The position numbers and the translations under genes are program-made. The notes beneath the pieces are model-generated. The model had not been told where the DNA came from, made no database searches, and was given only the letters and a program-made list of their open reading frames with translations. A stretch of 64,000 nucleotides of DNA from Candidatus Binatia bacterium. GTDB taxonomy: Bacteria; Desulfobacterota; Binatia; Bin18. Positions 32,629-44,176 of this stretch are shown in pieces (within the stretch, counting starts at the first letter, position 1; each line of letters opens with the position of its first letter). Location: assembly GCA_963666315.2 (NCBI GenBank), contig CAXXHG010000021.1, positions 96,001 through 160,000 of the forward strand. The letters run 5' to 3'.

Positions 32629-33117
32629 TTACGGTTTGACCGCAATGGCCTCGACCTCGATGAGCAAGCCAGGAAAAGCCAGCCCTGCGACGACGACGGC
32701 CGTGCTGGCGGGCGGGGTATTCCCAAAAACATCGCCGCGCGCTTCGAGCATATCCATGAATTTGCTGCCGTCCGTAATATACGTATTGATCTTAATGATG
32801 TGCTCCATCTTGGCCCCGGCGGCGGCAAGGACGGCTTTGATGTTGCGAAACACCTGGCGCGTCTGGGCTTTCATATTGCCCTTACCGACCAGTTTTCCTT
32901 GCGGATTGAAGGCGATCTGGCCGGACACATAGATGGTATTGCCGATTTGTTTAGCCTGGGCTAACGGCAGGCCGTCGTCCCAGCTCCAGCCTGGGTCGAT
33001 GATTATGGGGACTGCTGCATCCTGTGCGGAGGCGGGCGTCTTCCGTGCGGCTTTCTTAGTTGCTGGGCGGGTGGCTTTCGTTGCTGTTCGCGTGCGACGG
33101 GCCGTTTGCGCTGCCAT
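32629..33117 (-). CDS. RidA family protein with basic N-terminal extension
   Basis: IYVSGQ, PPASTAVVVAGL, LIEVEAIA; N-terminus RRTRTATKATRPATKKAARK. Confidence 0.88.
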   Translation of the reverse strand: MAAQTARRTRTATKATRPATKKAARKTPASAQDAAVPIIIDPGWSWDDGLPLAQAKQIGNTIYVSGQIAFNPQGKLVGKGNMKAQTRQVFRNIKAVLAAAGAKMEHIIKINTYITDGSKFMDMLEARGDVFGNTPPASTAVVVAGLAFPGLLIEVEAIAVKP

Positions 33118-33178
33118 ATTTCTCCCTCCTTTTGAGCTGTATCTTCAACGTCTGAGAACGTATTTGTCAAGTCTCAGG

Positions 33179-34449
33179 TTAGGCCTCAACAGGTCCTGGG
33201 GTGAAGCGACACGGCATATGCTTAATGCCATGAATGAAATTATGCATCAGACGTTCAGGCGCCGCCGTGATTTCAATGTCCGGCATACGCCGAAACAATT
33301 CACGAAACATGACTGCCATTTCGCGCCGCGCCAGGTTCGCACCCAAACAGAAGTGCGTGCCTGCCCCAAATCCAACCTGTTCGTTAGGGGTGCGGGTGAT
33401 ATCAAAGCGATACGGGTCCTCAAACGCGTCCTCGTCGCGATTGGCGGAAGAATACAGCAGCCACACTTTTTCCCCTTCACGCAGGGCCTGTCCGCCGATC
33501 TCGGTGTCACACATCGTTGTCCGGCGCATATAGATTACCGGGCTGGCCCAGCGCACGATCTCTTCGATCGCGGTCTTATAATGCGTGTCAAAATCAGACT
33601 GCCACAGTTGGCGTTGGTCTGGGTGGTCACACAAGAGTTTGATGCCATGACTGATCGCGTTGCGTGTGGTTTCGTTCCCGGCTGCAGTCAGCAGCACGAA
33701 GAAAGAGCCGATCTCATCGACGCTGAGCCGGTCGCCGTCTACTTCAGCGTGCACGAGCGCCGACGTCAGATCGTCCGTCGGCTGCTGTAGACGCTGCTGG
33801 CGCATGTCCTTCATCAGCTCACTCAGCTCCCGTGCGGCTTGGATGCCGGCCATAAAGCGTTCGGCAAGATCCTCGGTCCCGTATTCAGGGTCTGCTCTGC
33901 CGAGGAGAATATTGGTTTTCTGAAAGACAAAGGGGTGTTGGCTTTCCGGGATGCCCATCATTTCGCAGATGATTTGGATAGGAAACGGGCGGCAATACTA
34001 TCAACAAAATCACACTCGCCTGTTTCGATCACGCTATTCAAGACTCGCTGGGCAGTGGTCTGCACGTTGGCTTCAACGGTGCGCAGTCGGCGTGGAGTGA
34101 AAGCCTGGGAGATCAAACCGCGCAGTCGTTTGTGCCGGGGATCGTCCGCCACAATCATGGACTCAAACACATCGATCGTACCCGGGGGTGTATCTATCGT
34201 CGTAATACCCTGGGCGGACGAGAAGATGTGCGGATTCAGGCTGGCGTGCAGCACCTCGGCATGTTTGCTCAGCACCCAGTAGCCGGCGCCGGGTATGCCA
34301 AAGCTGGTGTCGCCCTCTTCAAAAAAGGCTATCGGCCGTTCACGTCGGAGCAGCGCAAAGGCGCCCTCTCGCTCCTCAAGGGGTTTCAGCCAAAAGTCCC
34401 AGCTCGAAAGATCAATGTCGTCTATGGAATCCGGATGGTGCAGCTGCAT
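33179..34449 (-). pseudogene. Cytochrome P450 (CYP124/125/142-like), single frameshift near 33988
   Basis: AAGNETT, EEIVRW, FGAGTHFCLG; one C missing from a C run, possibly a read error. Confidence 0.88.
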
Positions 34450-34648
34450 TTTTCTCCTTACTTCAGTGTGCGCAGGACAAGAACGCCAAGCCAATGCACG
34501 GCACTATAGCGCATCGGTACGTCGGAACAAGATGTGAAGCGCACGTATGCCTAGTGTGCGTATACAGACCCCTTTGCTTTCCCGTACTGGGAATGCCGTT
34601 GGGGCACTTGGGAAGAGGTCTTACTCAGCGTGCTGACACGCTCGTTTC

Positions 34649-34698
34649 GTAGGGTGCATCCCATGCACCAGATATCCGGTGCGCAGGGCGCACCCTAC
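34649..34698. repeat. GTAG-type REP doublet
   Basis: GTAGGGTGCATCCCATGCACC..GGTGCGCAGGGCGCACCCTAC. Confidence 0.7.
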
Positions 34699-34856
34699 TG
34701 TCGTGTTCGAGTTGAAACCGTGCGTTATGTTATCGTCGTTCCCCTTCGACAAGCTCAGGGCGAGCGGAAAAAGAGGTGGCAGACAAGGCCCGTTCGTGCT
34801 GAGCCCCATCGAAGTATGAACGGGCCATCATGCACAACTTCAACGTAGACGCTGCA
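34699..34856 (+). mobile_element. MITE family 1, copy B (158 bp)
   Basis: Aligns with copies A and C; CTAC on both flanks (34695-98, 34857-60). Confidence 0.78.
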
Positions 34857-34870
34857 CTACATTTTATCTC

Positions 34871-36323
34871 TCAGGCACAAACCGGTGGCCGTTTGTCTAT
34901 CCACGGTTGGGCTTGCTCAATTTGTGACGCTATCCTCAGTAGGACGTCTTCTTGGCCATACGCGGGCACAAAATGCACGCCGACCGGTAGACCGTCTGGC
35001 GTCCAGTGCAGCGGCAGCGAAAGCGCAGGCTGGCCGGTTATATTATTCGCTGGCGTAAAGGGAATCACGTCGAGGTTGCGGTTCCATTTAGCGAGAGTGT
35101 CATGAGCTGGACCGCCCATATCGCCTAAGCGTGGTGGCGGCTCACCCAAGGTAGGGGTGACGAGCAGGTCAAAACCCTCCGTCCACCAACTGGCCATGCG
35201 CCGGGTCCAGGCGTGCAGCCAGTTCATGCATGAGAGGTAGCTGGTGGCCGAAATCTTGCGGCCTTCTTCCACAAAGCGCCAGGCGTAGGGCTCAATGTCG
35301 CCTTCTCCTATTCTCTGTCCGGTTGCAGCTTCGACGTCGTCTGCGGTGAGTGCTGAGTGCTGAGTGCGCGTTTACCACCTGGCAGAAGTGCTCGATCCAT
35401 TCTGCTTCGTCGTAGGCTGCGGGGTGCGCAATCTCGACCGTGTGACCCAGAGAGTCGAGCAGCTTGCCCGCATTCTCAACCGCGATTTTGCACTCCGAAT
35501 GCAGGGGGGCGTCGTTGCGTGGTTTCTGGAGCATCAGCCCGATGCGCAACGTGCCGGGATCACGTCCGACTTCTTCTTTGTACGGGCGCTCAGGAGTTGG
35601 CGCACTATACGGGTCTCCGGGCATCAGGCCCCGCATAATGTCTAAGACGCCGGCAATATCTCGGACTGACAATGTCATAACGCCTTCATTGGCCAAGCCA
35701 TGCCAGCACTCCCCCATCCCTGGACCAAACGATGTACGGCCACGACTGGGCTTCAAGCCAATAATACCGCACATGCTGGCCGGGATGCGCAGCGAACCCC
35801 CGCCGTCTCCGCCATGACCGACGGCGACAATGCGGGCGGCAACGGAGGCCGAGCTGCCGCCGCTTGAGCCGCCCGGAGAGTGATCCAGGTTCCACGGGTT
35901 ATGCGTTGGGCCATAGGCAGCCGGTTCCGTTGTGCCCATCAGGCCCCACTCTGGGGTGTTTGTTCGTCCTACACTAATGAATCCCGCCTCACGAAACTTG
36001 ACCGATAGATACGTGTCCTGGGGCGAGGTGAAGTTCAGCCGCTTGAGGAACTGCATGCCGTTGTGCAACGGCTCTCCCGCCGGGCCGCCGAGCAGATCTT
36101 TCATCACAAAGGGGACGCCGCGAAAGGGACCGTCTGGTAGGTCTGTGGCCTGGGCTTGTCTGCGAGCTTTGTCAAACAGGGGGTGAATGATGGCATTCAA
36201 TTGAGGGTTGAGCTTTTCGATCCGACCGATGGCGGCGTCTACCAGCTCCAGTGCACTCGCGTCTCCTTTGCGAATGAGTTCGGCCTGTCCGGTTGCATCC
36301 AGATACACGAATTGATCAGCCAT
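34871..36323 (-). pseudogene. Amidase, frameshifted by a 7-bp tandem duplication
   Basis: Full amidase signature; TGAGTGC x3 at 35347-35367; removing one unit restores alignment to 27115-28557. Confidence 0.88.
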
Positions 36324-36344
36324 GGTATGACTCCTTGCGAAAAG

Positions 36345-36774
36345 CTACAGAGAGAAACCTTTGTCACTGCGCTCAAGGCGCATTGTTCCGTCCAAAATGG
36401 CAATCCCGCTGATTCAATCATCTGTTCAGGCAGAAAGAGGCCTTTAATCTCAACCCACGTACTAGTGGGCGAGTGCTCCCCAAAAGCATTGCGAAAGACG
36501 TCGGCCGTGTTCGTGGTATAGACGGTCTGGGAGACCCAGTTTTAAAAGTAGCTCCCTCAGCGGCCAGGCAGCGTTTCACGATCTCTAGGGTCTGCGCGAC
36601 CTGGGCGCGCATGTCCCCCGCGCCGACAACTTCAACATTTTCTAGATCGCCCTTGAGCGGGGTAACGCCAGACAGGTAGAGGGTGTTACCAGCTCTGATA
36701 TTTTGGGTGAACGCATAGGTTTGAAATGTCTCATCCGCAATATAGCCAACATCGGGGTTGCTGCGGGTAATCAT
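36345..36774 (-). pseudogene. RidA family protein, frameshifted
   Basis: TLYLSGVTP, then in shifted frames PTSTWVEIKGLFLPEQMIE and SGIAIL. Confidence 0.7.
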
Positions 36775-36868
36775 ACGACGTCTCCTTTTTTAATTATAAT
36801 CGGTTCTGACTGTATGAAAAACGCTCTGGCCACGTCAAGGGAGAGACCCCCAGGAGACCCATAGTCGA

Positions 36869-37070
36869 TTACGGAATCAACCCGGCCACGCGCCAGAATG
36901 GTCTCGCCTGCTGTAAGAGTTCCGCGTTCATATCGAGGGTAACTACGGTAGCTCGTCCGATAGATGTTCTACCGATCAGTCTTTTCCAATCCTGGCTCCA
37001 ACGGAGATGCTCTTCCCATATGGCGCGCCGGAACTCGGGCAGTCACCTGTGGACGGATCCTTGTCTGAGT
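36869..37070 (-). pseudogene. C-terminal remnant of an HNH endonuclease-family gene
   Basis: Hand translation RRAIWEEHLRWSQDWKRLIGRTSIGRATVVTLDMNAELLQQARPFWRVAGLIP*. Confidence 0.65.
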
Positions 37071-37099
37071 TGAGGCTGGGCGGGCGACGATGCCCTCAG

Positions 37100-37449
37100 T
37101 GCCTGCTGGAAACGAGCCTGCGGGCCGGCCGCGCTCATCAAAAAGTTCTGGTCGTAGGGCGAGGGCGAGGGCCTGAGAGTTCGCGAATAGCATCTGATCT
37201 ACTTCGGCTCCGAGTTGCTTTAGTTCTCGCTGCTCTGATCGACTGAGCGGACCTTCAGCTCGCTCTTCTATCAATTTTGTGAGACGCAGCTGCTTTTTTC
37301 GAGGAGAGCCGTTGGAGGGACACGACCGTCGTTTCCTGATCAGGGGCGGCAGTCGCCAGCAGCTGCTGGGCGAGTCGCCTCTGAAGCGCGAGAGGAAGCT
37401 GCTTCGCGGCTGCCAATGCTACTTTTAGTGCTTGCTCATTCTGGGCCAT
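37100..37449 (-). pseudogene. Small helical protein (antitoxin-like partner of the HNH gene), frameshifted
   Basis: AAAKQLPLALQRRLAQQLL..LSSKK / GPLSRSEQRELKQL; directly upstream of the HNH remnant. Confidence 0.45.
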
Positions 37450-37556
37450 AACTAGGACGTCTTCTCGATAAGAGACTGTGAGGACAAATGTAGCAGAGGC
37501 GGAATACCTTGCAACAGGGATTGCCTGAGGAAGCAACTACCTCAACGTCACAACTA

Positions 37557-38000
37557 TCACGAAGGGGTAAGTATCTGCTGCATTTCTTCTTCGGTCGGCG
37601 CTTTCGGACATGTGGGGAGGGCTGAATTCAGAACATCCCATGGATGGCCACTCGGGGTCCAGACGTTGATCGCGGGCTGAAACTGACTCGGATCATCTGT
37701 GCTCGCAGCCCACAGTCCTATAAGGTCGGGAACGAGATCGGCCAGGATAAAGACGGGCGAGCCACATTTTTGACAGGAGCCCCGACTGACGGCATCGCCG
37801 CTCTCGGCCTTGACCTCGTAGTACGTTGCCTCCCGCGTGTTAGTGAGGGCGGCTTTCGGGACATACGAGATAGGGCAAAATGCACTCCCACTCGCGCACT
37901 GACAGTCTCGGCAGTGACAATTCCAGGAGAAGACCGGCTCAGCCGTATATTCGTAGCGAATCGCGCCACACGCACAGCCGCCAGAGAACGGGGTAGACAT
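37557..38000 (-). CDS. GFA/CENP-V family protein
   Basis: GGCACGAIRY, CHCRDCQ, CQKCGS; AAGGAGG before ATG 38000. Confidence 0.88.
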   Translation of the reverse strand: MSTPFSGGCACGAIRYEYTAEPVFSWNCHCRDCQCASGSAFCPISYVPKAALTNTREATYYEVKAESGDAVSRGSCQKCGSPVFILADLVPDLIGLWAASTDDPSQFQPAINVWTPSGHPWDVLNSALPTCPKAPTEEEMQQILTPS

Positions 38001-38076
38001 CTGACGGTCCTCCTTTCCGTTCTCTGGCTGTATCACTAAGTTTACGCTGACAAAACCTCCAGGAGGCTGGCACTGT

Positions 38077-38608
38077 ATGGATGCTGGGATGAAACATCTC
38101 CCAGATATCCCCAAAATATTCTTCACCTTTGACCAGCTCCCCACGACTATACAGACTGCACTCGCCACGTATTTCCGTACAGCCGGCATACAGGCGACGA
38201 GCGTACCCTCCACGCTACCCGGTCAGCGGACGCAGGGCGAACACGGCGAGGGCGCGCAGTACGCTTTGGGGTGTACGATTGAGGAGTTTTCGCTCTTGAG
38301 CCTGCGACGCTATCAAGAATATCGTCCGCAAAACCCGTTCAGTTCACATCTGAGGACCTTCGCCGTCCGGGGGCCGACTCGTGCGACAGTCTCTCTTACC
38401 CTCACGCGTTACCACCTGCCCTCACACCAGGTGGTATGGCGAGAAAATGTCTGGGACATCATACACGATCCCCCAACGAGGTGAGTCACGTCACCGCTAC
38501 GGGACCGTCGAGGAGACGCTCAGCGTTGCCCCGAGTCGCACGGTGGAGAGTATTCTGGCCACCCCCAGCCTCCAAGCGGTGTTGCTGAAATTCATCCCTA
38601 CGACTTGA
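38077..38608 (+). pseudogene. Hypothetical protein fragment, frameshifted
   Basis: Two overlapping ORFs join plausibly at a C run near 38470; no family recognised. Confidence 0.35.
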
Positions 38609-38664
38609 CCTTCCAGCAGACACACGTAGCAGGAGAGGAGGGCTGGGGGCAGGAGAGGAGGGCT

Positions 38665-39079
38665 ATGACACAGAGCAGCATTGAAGGCGGGTGTCTGTGT
38701 GGGGCTGTGCGGTATCGTGTCAATGGCGCGGCGTCATATCCTGTGGTGTGTCACTGTGAGTCTTGCCGGCGCGCGTGTGGGGCACAGGCGGTTGCCTGGG
38801 TGACTTTTCCTACGGAGCAGTTCCGTTACCGGACGTCCGGTGGAGTTTCAGTCCTCAACGCCTGTTAAGCGGACATTCTGCGGTCGGTGTGGCACGTCAC
38901 TCATGTATCAACACACGAATACGCCGGAGGAGATCGATATTACCACCGCCAGTTTAGATAGGCCGGACGAGTTCTTTCCTGTACGGCATGTATGGGTCAG
39001 TGAGAAAGTGGGCTGAGTAGATCTGAACGATGCCTTACCCCAGTTTGAGCGCACGAGCACAAACAGACACGAAGGATGA
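38665..39079 (+). pseudogene. GFA family protein, disrupted
   Basis: EGGCLCGAVRY, CHCESCRR, frameshift, RTFCGRCGT, in-frame TGA near 39014. Confidence 0.8.
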
Positions 39080-39150
39080 ACGTTTCGCTACGGAGCGTCC
39101 GATCCCAGTGCCCCATACAACGTGGGGTCACTGGACGGGATCCTTGCCGG

Positions 39151-39552
39151 CTACGCTGTAGTTGCGCCTGCGGCTAGGACAAAGAGCCAAATGCAACAGC
39201 CAAACGCGACCACAAAACTCAGAGTACGCATTGGCGCTATATTCGTGATGTAAAAAATAGGATGCAGAACGCGGGCGACAATAAACACCATGGCCAATGT
39301 TGCCGAGCTGGCGGCGTCCGCGCCTGCGAGATGTGCGACAATCACTGCTGAGCCAAAAACAGCGACGGCTTCCCACGCGTTCTGCTGCGCGGCGTTGGCG
39401 CGAGCCCCGCCGTCCTTCAAGTCTAGGGCTTGGGTCCGGGGATTCTGCAAGTCCGGTTTCCCGAATTGTTTAACCCGAAAGTATACGGTCGTCCCCGCCA
39501 GTACGTACGGGATAAATACCGCAATCAAAAGACACCAAAATGGCGTAGTCAT
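39151..39552 (-). CDS. MAPEG family membrane protein
   Basis: QNPR, RANAAQQNAWE, ARVLHP; GAGGAGG before ATG 39552. Confidence 0.85.
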   Translation of the reverse strand: MTTPFWCLLIAVFIPYVLAGTTVYFRVKQFGKPDLQNPRTQALDLKDGGARANAAQQNAWEAVAVFGSAVIVAHLAGADAASSATLAMVFIVARVLHPIFYITNIAPMRTLSFVVAFGCCIWLFVLAAGATTA

Positions 39553-39659
39553 GACGTTTCCTCCTCGTTTCCCCGTGGTGTTATGTGAATCTACGCATAA
39601 CATGTCAGAGAGGAGGTACAAAAGCGAGAGAGTTTTACATCGTTTTACAAACCGGCTGC

Positions 39660-41023
39660 TTAGTGCGTCGGGGACAACCGCAAGACAGCTTTCCCTATCC
39701 CCGGCCAAACGCGCAACACACCGAACGTAGAGCGGATGACGATCCAGACCGTCATCACCAGCCAGACTTGAGCAAAGGCGCTGGTGTGGCTGGGATCAAT
39801 CCGGGTGAGTAGAAGAACTCCCGTGCCCGTGGCCAGGATCATGACGTTGCGTAGGTAGGCGTAATCGCCGGTTCCCCAATGGATGCCGTCAGTGACAAAG
39901 GAGAGGGAGTTGAGGGGCTGGGTCAGGGCGCAGATGAGAAGTCCCGTCAGGAAGAGTGAGTGCGCACTCGGAGGAACGAGGAGTGCGGCCAGCGTGTGAT
40001 CAAAGAGGAGGAGCATCAACAGCAGACAACCGCCTGTTCCCAGCGCCCAGCGACACGCAACCCGAGCCGCCAGTCGGGCGATAGACCGGCGGTCTGCACC
40101 AAGAAAATAGCCGATCAGACTTTGGGCTGTAACGGCAAAGGCGTCCAGCAAAAAGGCCAGAAATATCCACAACTGGCGCAGCGCCTGATGGGCTGCGCCG
40201 GCCTCAATGCTGATCTGCAGAGCGGTCCAGGTCGCCGCCGACATAAACACCTGGGCTAAGCCAGTACGCACAGCCAAGTCACGGCCAATCATAAAAAAAC
40301 GTCGTGCGTGCTGCCAATCAAAATCAAAAGCAAGCTGTGTTTGCTTAGCCACAACCCAGAGTGCCCATACCATCCCAACAACCTGACTGACGATTGTTGC
40401 CCAGGCTGCGCCTGCAATGCCCATGGCAGGAATCGATCTCCAACCAAAAATCAGAATAGGATCGAGAATAATATTGGTAAGACTCATGCCTCCTGCTATC
40501 CACAGCGGCGTTTTCATGTCGTGCAGTCCGCGCATAACGCCAAAGGCGGCAATGATGATGAGGCTGGGTATTACACCCAGGAGACGAATTTTCATATAGA
40601 TCTGTGTATCTGTCTGGACAGTGGCATCGGTACTCATCCAAACCGAAAAATTTTCTACTCCAGGCAAGGTGATGAGGGTCAGCCCCAGGCCCAGCATTGC
40701 TGCAAGCACCAGACCAAGACTAGCGATACTCCCGACTCGCTGCGTCTTTCCCGCGCCCATGCCACCCATGGTGTGAGCAACTTCGGTCTGCATGCCTATG
40801 CCAAGAAAATTAAAGATCCACAATACGCCAGACAGGAGGGGGTGGCTGCGCCGAGTCCGGCTGCCGATGTCGCACCCAGACGTTCAACAAAGGCAGTATC
40901 GACCAGGCTGGCAAAGGGCTCGACAACGAGAGAAGCCATGACCGGCAGGGCAAAAGTGACAAAAGTGCGGTGCGGATATCGGACGAATGGATGGGCGTCC
41001 GGCGCCTCAACAGGGAGGGTCAT
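39660..41023 (-). pseudogene. MATE (DinF-like) efflux transporter, frameshift near 40838
   Basis: EPFASLVDTAFV, NIILDPILIFG, GIAGAAWAT; break lies in a C run. Confidence 0.85.
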
Positions 41024-41177
41024 ACGAGCTGTTACTGTACTGGATTTTTGGAGTTTCCTCGCCCCTGAGGGAAGAGGCTGAAAGGGATACCAAACGGATC
41101 TCGCCTTAGGCTAGAGTCGCTCTGGGCTATGGGAGAAGAACCGACAGATCGTCGAAAGTCGGGCTGGTTGCGTTGAA

Positions 41178-41687
41178 CTAAAACCAATAGTCATCCCAGA
41201 CAAGCAATCCCACGACTGCGCGGCGGCGCTGCCACTTCGTATATTCCTCCGCCGCCTCGACTGCCTTGCTTTCCTGCAAATGATACGAGAGGACGTCTCC
41301 CTGCGCACCGGGGGACTGCGAGGGTTCGGCCAAGACAATGAACGATTCGCCGAGCCCTGTGACCGGAGTCCGGTTACCTTGATCTCGTGGATTTACCGGA
41401 GGATGCTGGAGCTTCGCTCGCGTGTGGGAATTCGCCGGGCGGGTACTGTATCGTTTCTCCAACAACCAGACGTGGGCAAATCCTGGTGGAATCTGTTTGC
41501 GGGCCTCGGGATAGATCTGCTCTACACGATCCTTGGCGAGTAACAGACTCCAGCGTCGTCGGCGATTCGAGACGTAGATGAACAGCTGCCCGTCATCGCC
41601 ACGTCCGATGCGGGTGAAGGGTGTCCGAGCCGGCAGGATGCTCGAGGGGAAGTCTCGGTAATAGTAATCTGGTTGCGTCGTATCCAT
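41178..41687 (-). CDS. Hypothetical protein
   Basis: 169-aa ORF with no recognisable motif. Confidence 0.45.
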   Translation of the reverse strand: MDTTQPDYYYRDFPSSILPARTPFTRIGRGDDGQLFIYVSNRRRRWSLLLAKDRVEQIYPEARKQIPPGFAHVWLLEKRYSTRPANSHTRAKLQHPPVNPRDQGNRTPVTGLGESFIVLAEPSQSPGAQGDVLSYHLQESKAVEAAEEYTKWQRRRAVVGLLVWDDYWF

Positions 41688-41767
41688 AACGAATCCAAGC
41701 AGCGCATGACAGAGTATGCACTAAAAGTTTACCTCGATAACGGTGATTTCAGACATGCTGCCCCTCT

Positions 41768-41923
41768 GAATCCATGCGTTATCAGCTGCGGTCAAGCCCC
41801 CGCCTGCGTCTCCGGTATTCACCGTTCCGGCTGGTTCAACCAGCATGACGTGACATTCTTGTGCGGCCAATGGTCAGAGAACCTAGTAAGTTTTTGCGCA
41901 AGGTTGATGGCTGTATGATTCAT
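41768..41923 (-). pseudogene. Cupin gene remnant with internal deletion
   Basis: [20 protein letters not shown] joined out of frame to [27 protein letters not shown], i.e. both termini of a recalled cupin family. Confidence 0.65.
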
Positions 41924-42059
41924 CGTACGATCTCTCTTCACCTTTCTATGGCTTTTGCGGTTCCGGCCATTTTAACATTCGCTCTCAAATTTGGTGCTGC
42001 TTCACATGCGTGCACTGTAAAAGAATTGTGCGAAAAGAAAGACTCGTCGTTATGGAGGC

Positions 42060-42530
42060 TTATGTCATGACAAACAGGGACAACTGTTGAGCGACCATAC
42101 ACGGACGTTCAGAGTTCTCGACCTCGACTGAATATGTGGCTTTGACCAAATACGCATCGTCTCCTCGCTTCCGAACCTCATCGAGGACGATATGGGCTCG
42201 CGCGCGTTGTCCTATGCGGAGTGGCGCCGTAAAACGAACCCGATCAAAGCCATAGTTCAATGTGTACATATGGTCGGACGTGACTAGCGGCAATCCACAC
42301 TCCTTCCAAAACTGCGGGATCAAACACAGGACATTCAGCCCGTGTGCTATCGTTCCTCCCCACGGGCTGTGCTTTGCCCACTCCGGATCATTGTGCATAG
42401 CGTCCGGATTCCCGGTAAGGACACCAAAAACGTCGGTCATCTTTTGTTCAATCGTGAACCAGTCGGTCACACCGACCTCGGTCCCGACGCGGGTCTTGAG
42501 ATCTTCGAACTGCTGAACGACCTCCTGCAT
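42060..42530 (-). CDS. MaoC-like dehydratase
   Basis: GVTDW, HNDPEWA, GGTIAHG, NYGFDRVRF. Confidence 0.9.
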   Translation of the reverse strand: MQEVVQQFEDLKTRVGTEVGVTDWFTIEQKMTDVFGVLTGNPDAMHNDPEWAKHSPWGGTIAHGLNVLCLIPQFWKECGLPLVTSDHMYTLNYGFDRVRFTAPLRIGQRARAHIVLDEVRKRGDDAYLVKATYSVEVENSERPCMVAQQLSLFVMT

Positions 42531-42665
42531 GGCTGCCTTCCTCCTTATATTATGATGGACATTGTGAGCGGCATGGGGCCTCTCCCCTTCTTTTCAATTA
42601 CCGTTCTTCTAAAGCGAGGCGGATTCCAAAACCAATAAGAATCGTTCCATACACTCCCCCGAGTA

Positions 42666-43103
42666 CTATTCGGCCGCTACGCGCACCATCCACCGGTCCG
42701 GGTTGGGCAAGGTTTGAAAAGCACCGTAGCGACGGTATAACTTATGGGCATCATGAGTGGTCAGCACAAAGCGCCGAATATTTTCTAATTCCGGATGCGC
42801 GGTCACGCATTCAAGCGACCATTTGCTTAATCCCTTCCCGCGGTGGGCCTCGACGATAAACACGTCGCACAACCAGGCAAATGTTGCGTAATCGGTTACA
42901 AGGCGGTCAAAGCCGACTTGCTCGGCATCTGCGTACACCCCAAAGCACAGGGAATGTTTCATTGATTTTTCGACGATTGCGACTGAACGACCCTGCGCCC
43001 AATAGGACAACCGGCTTAGGAAAGAATGAATCAGTGCTATATTGAGTTTCGCATTGTCAGTGCTGATGACGTAATTGTTGCGATAATACGCTACGACTTC
43101 CAT
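42666..43103 (-). CDS. GNAT N-acetyltransferase
   Basis: SYWAQGR, SLCFGVY, TDYATFAWLCDVF, HRGKGL. Confidence 0.88.
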   Translation of the reverse strand: MEVVAYYRNNYVISTDNAKLNIALIHSFLSRLSYWAQGRSVAIVEKSMKHSLCFGVYADAEQVGFDRLVTDYATFAWLCDVFIVEAHRGKGLSKWSLECVTAHPELENIRRFVLTTHDAHKLYRRYGAFQTLPNPDRWMVRVAAE

Positions 43104-43332
43104 TATTTCCTCCGTGAACCTTAGGTCGTCCACGCATTTAACTATTCCTTTCCAGCGTGCATCTCGCCTAGCCTACCATTACCTTGGTCAGAGTGACAAA
43201 ATTTCTCGATATCGCGTAAAATATCGTTAAAAGAAAAACCATGTTGTTCTTCCTTGCTGTTCCGTATAGAGGGGGAATGTATGAGGAGGAGAGCAGTGGA
43301 CTCGACGAGCAACTTGTGTGAGGAGGATAGAC

Positions 43333-44172
43333 ATGCGTGCCGTTAAGAAACCGGAAACATCGGACGACTGGGTCTGGCAGGCGATTCGAGAAGAGGCAGC
43401 CCGTGAGGCTGACAGTGAACCTGTTCTGGCTAGTTTCTTACACTCGATTATTCTGAATCATGCCTCGCTGGAGGAAGCGCTGAGCTATCATCTGGCAGGC
43501 AAGCTGACCAACCTGAATCTGCCGTCCATAACTCTGCGTGACATCATCATGGAAGCTATGGCGGCTGATGCAAAGATCGGTCAAGCAGTCCGGGCGGATA
43601 TTTGTGCCGTGCGGGATCGTGACCCTGCGTGTACTCTTTATTCAGCGCCCTTGCTGTATTACAAAGGCCTGCATGCGCTGGAAGCCTACCGCGTTTCTCA
43701 CTGGCTGTGGACCCAAAACCGACACACTCTGGCGTTCTGTTTCCAGAATCGAATTTCAGAAGTCTTTTGCGTTGATATTCATCCGGCAGCACGTATCGGT
43801 TCAGGCATCTTTATCGACCATGGCAGCAGTCTGGTGATTGGTGAGACTGCGGTGGTTGAAGACAATGTATCCATGCTGCAAGGGGTGACTCTTGGTGGAA
43901 CTGGTAAAGAGTCGGGCGACCGCCATCCTAAAGTTCGCACCGGCGTGCTTATTAGTGCCGGAGCAATGATTCTCGGCAATGTTGAAATCGGTGCAAATGC
44001 CAAAGTTGGCGCGAACAGTGTGGTGCTCATTGATGTCCCGTCTGGATGCACGGTTGCTGGCGTGCCCGCCAAGCTGGTTGGCCGTTGCGCCAAGCTCCAA
44101 CAGCCTGCTCTTGAGATGGATCATAATCTTCCGACCGACGGCGAGACTGAGAATTCTCGAAGAGGTATCTGA
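43333..44172 (+). CDS. cysE: Serine O-acetyltransferase
   Basis: EPVLASFLH, RDPAC, VDIHPAA, IDHG, VTLGGTGKESGDRHPK. Confidence 0.96.
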   Translation: MRAVKKPETSDDWVWQAIREEAAREADSEPVLASFLHSIILNHASLEEALSYHLAGKLTNLNLPSITLRDIIMEAMAADAKIGQAVRADICAVRDRDPACTLYSAPLLYYKGLHALEAYRVSHWLWTQNRHTLAFCFQNRISEVFCVDIHPAARIGSGIFIDHGSSLVIGETAVVEDNVSMLQGVTLGGTGKESGDRHPKVRTGVLISAGAMILGNVEIGANAKVGANSVVLIDVPSGCTVAGVPAKLVGRCAKLQQPALEMDHNLPTDGETENSRRGI

Positions 44173-44176
44173 AGAC

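Noticed and set aside
32933-33790. 285-aa plus-strand ORF (likewise 22968-23816, 30405-31163, 40308-41081, 44380-45147)
   Set aside because: Antisense shadows of well-supported genes.
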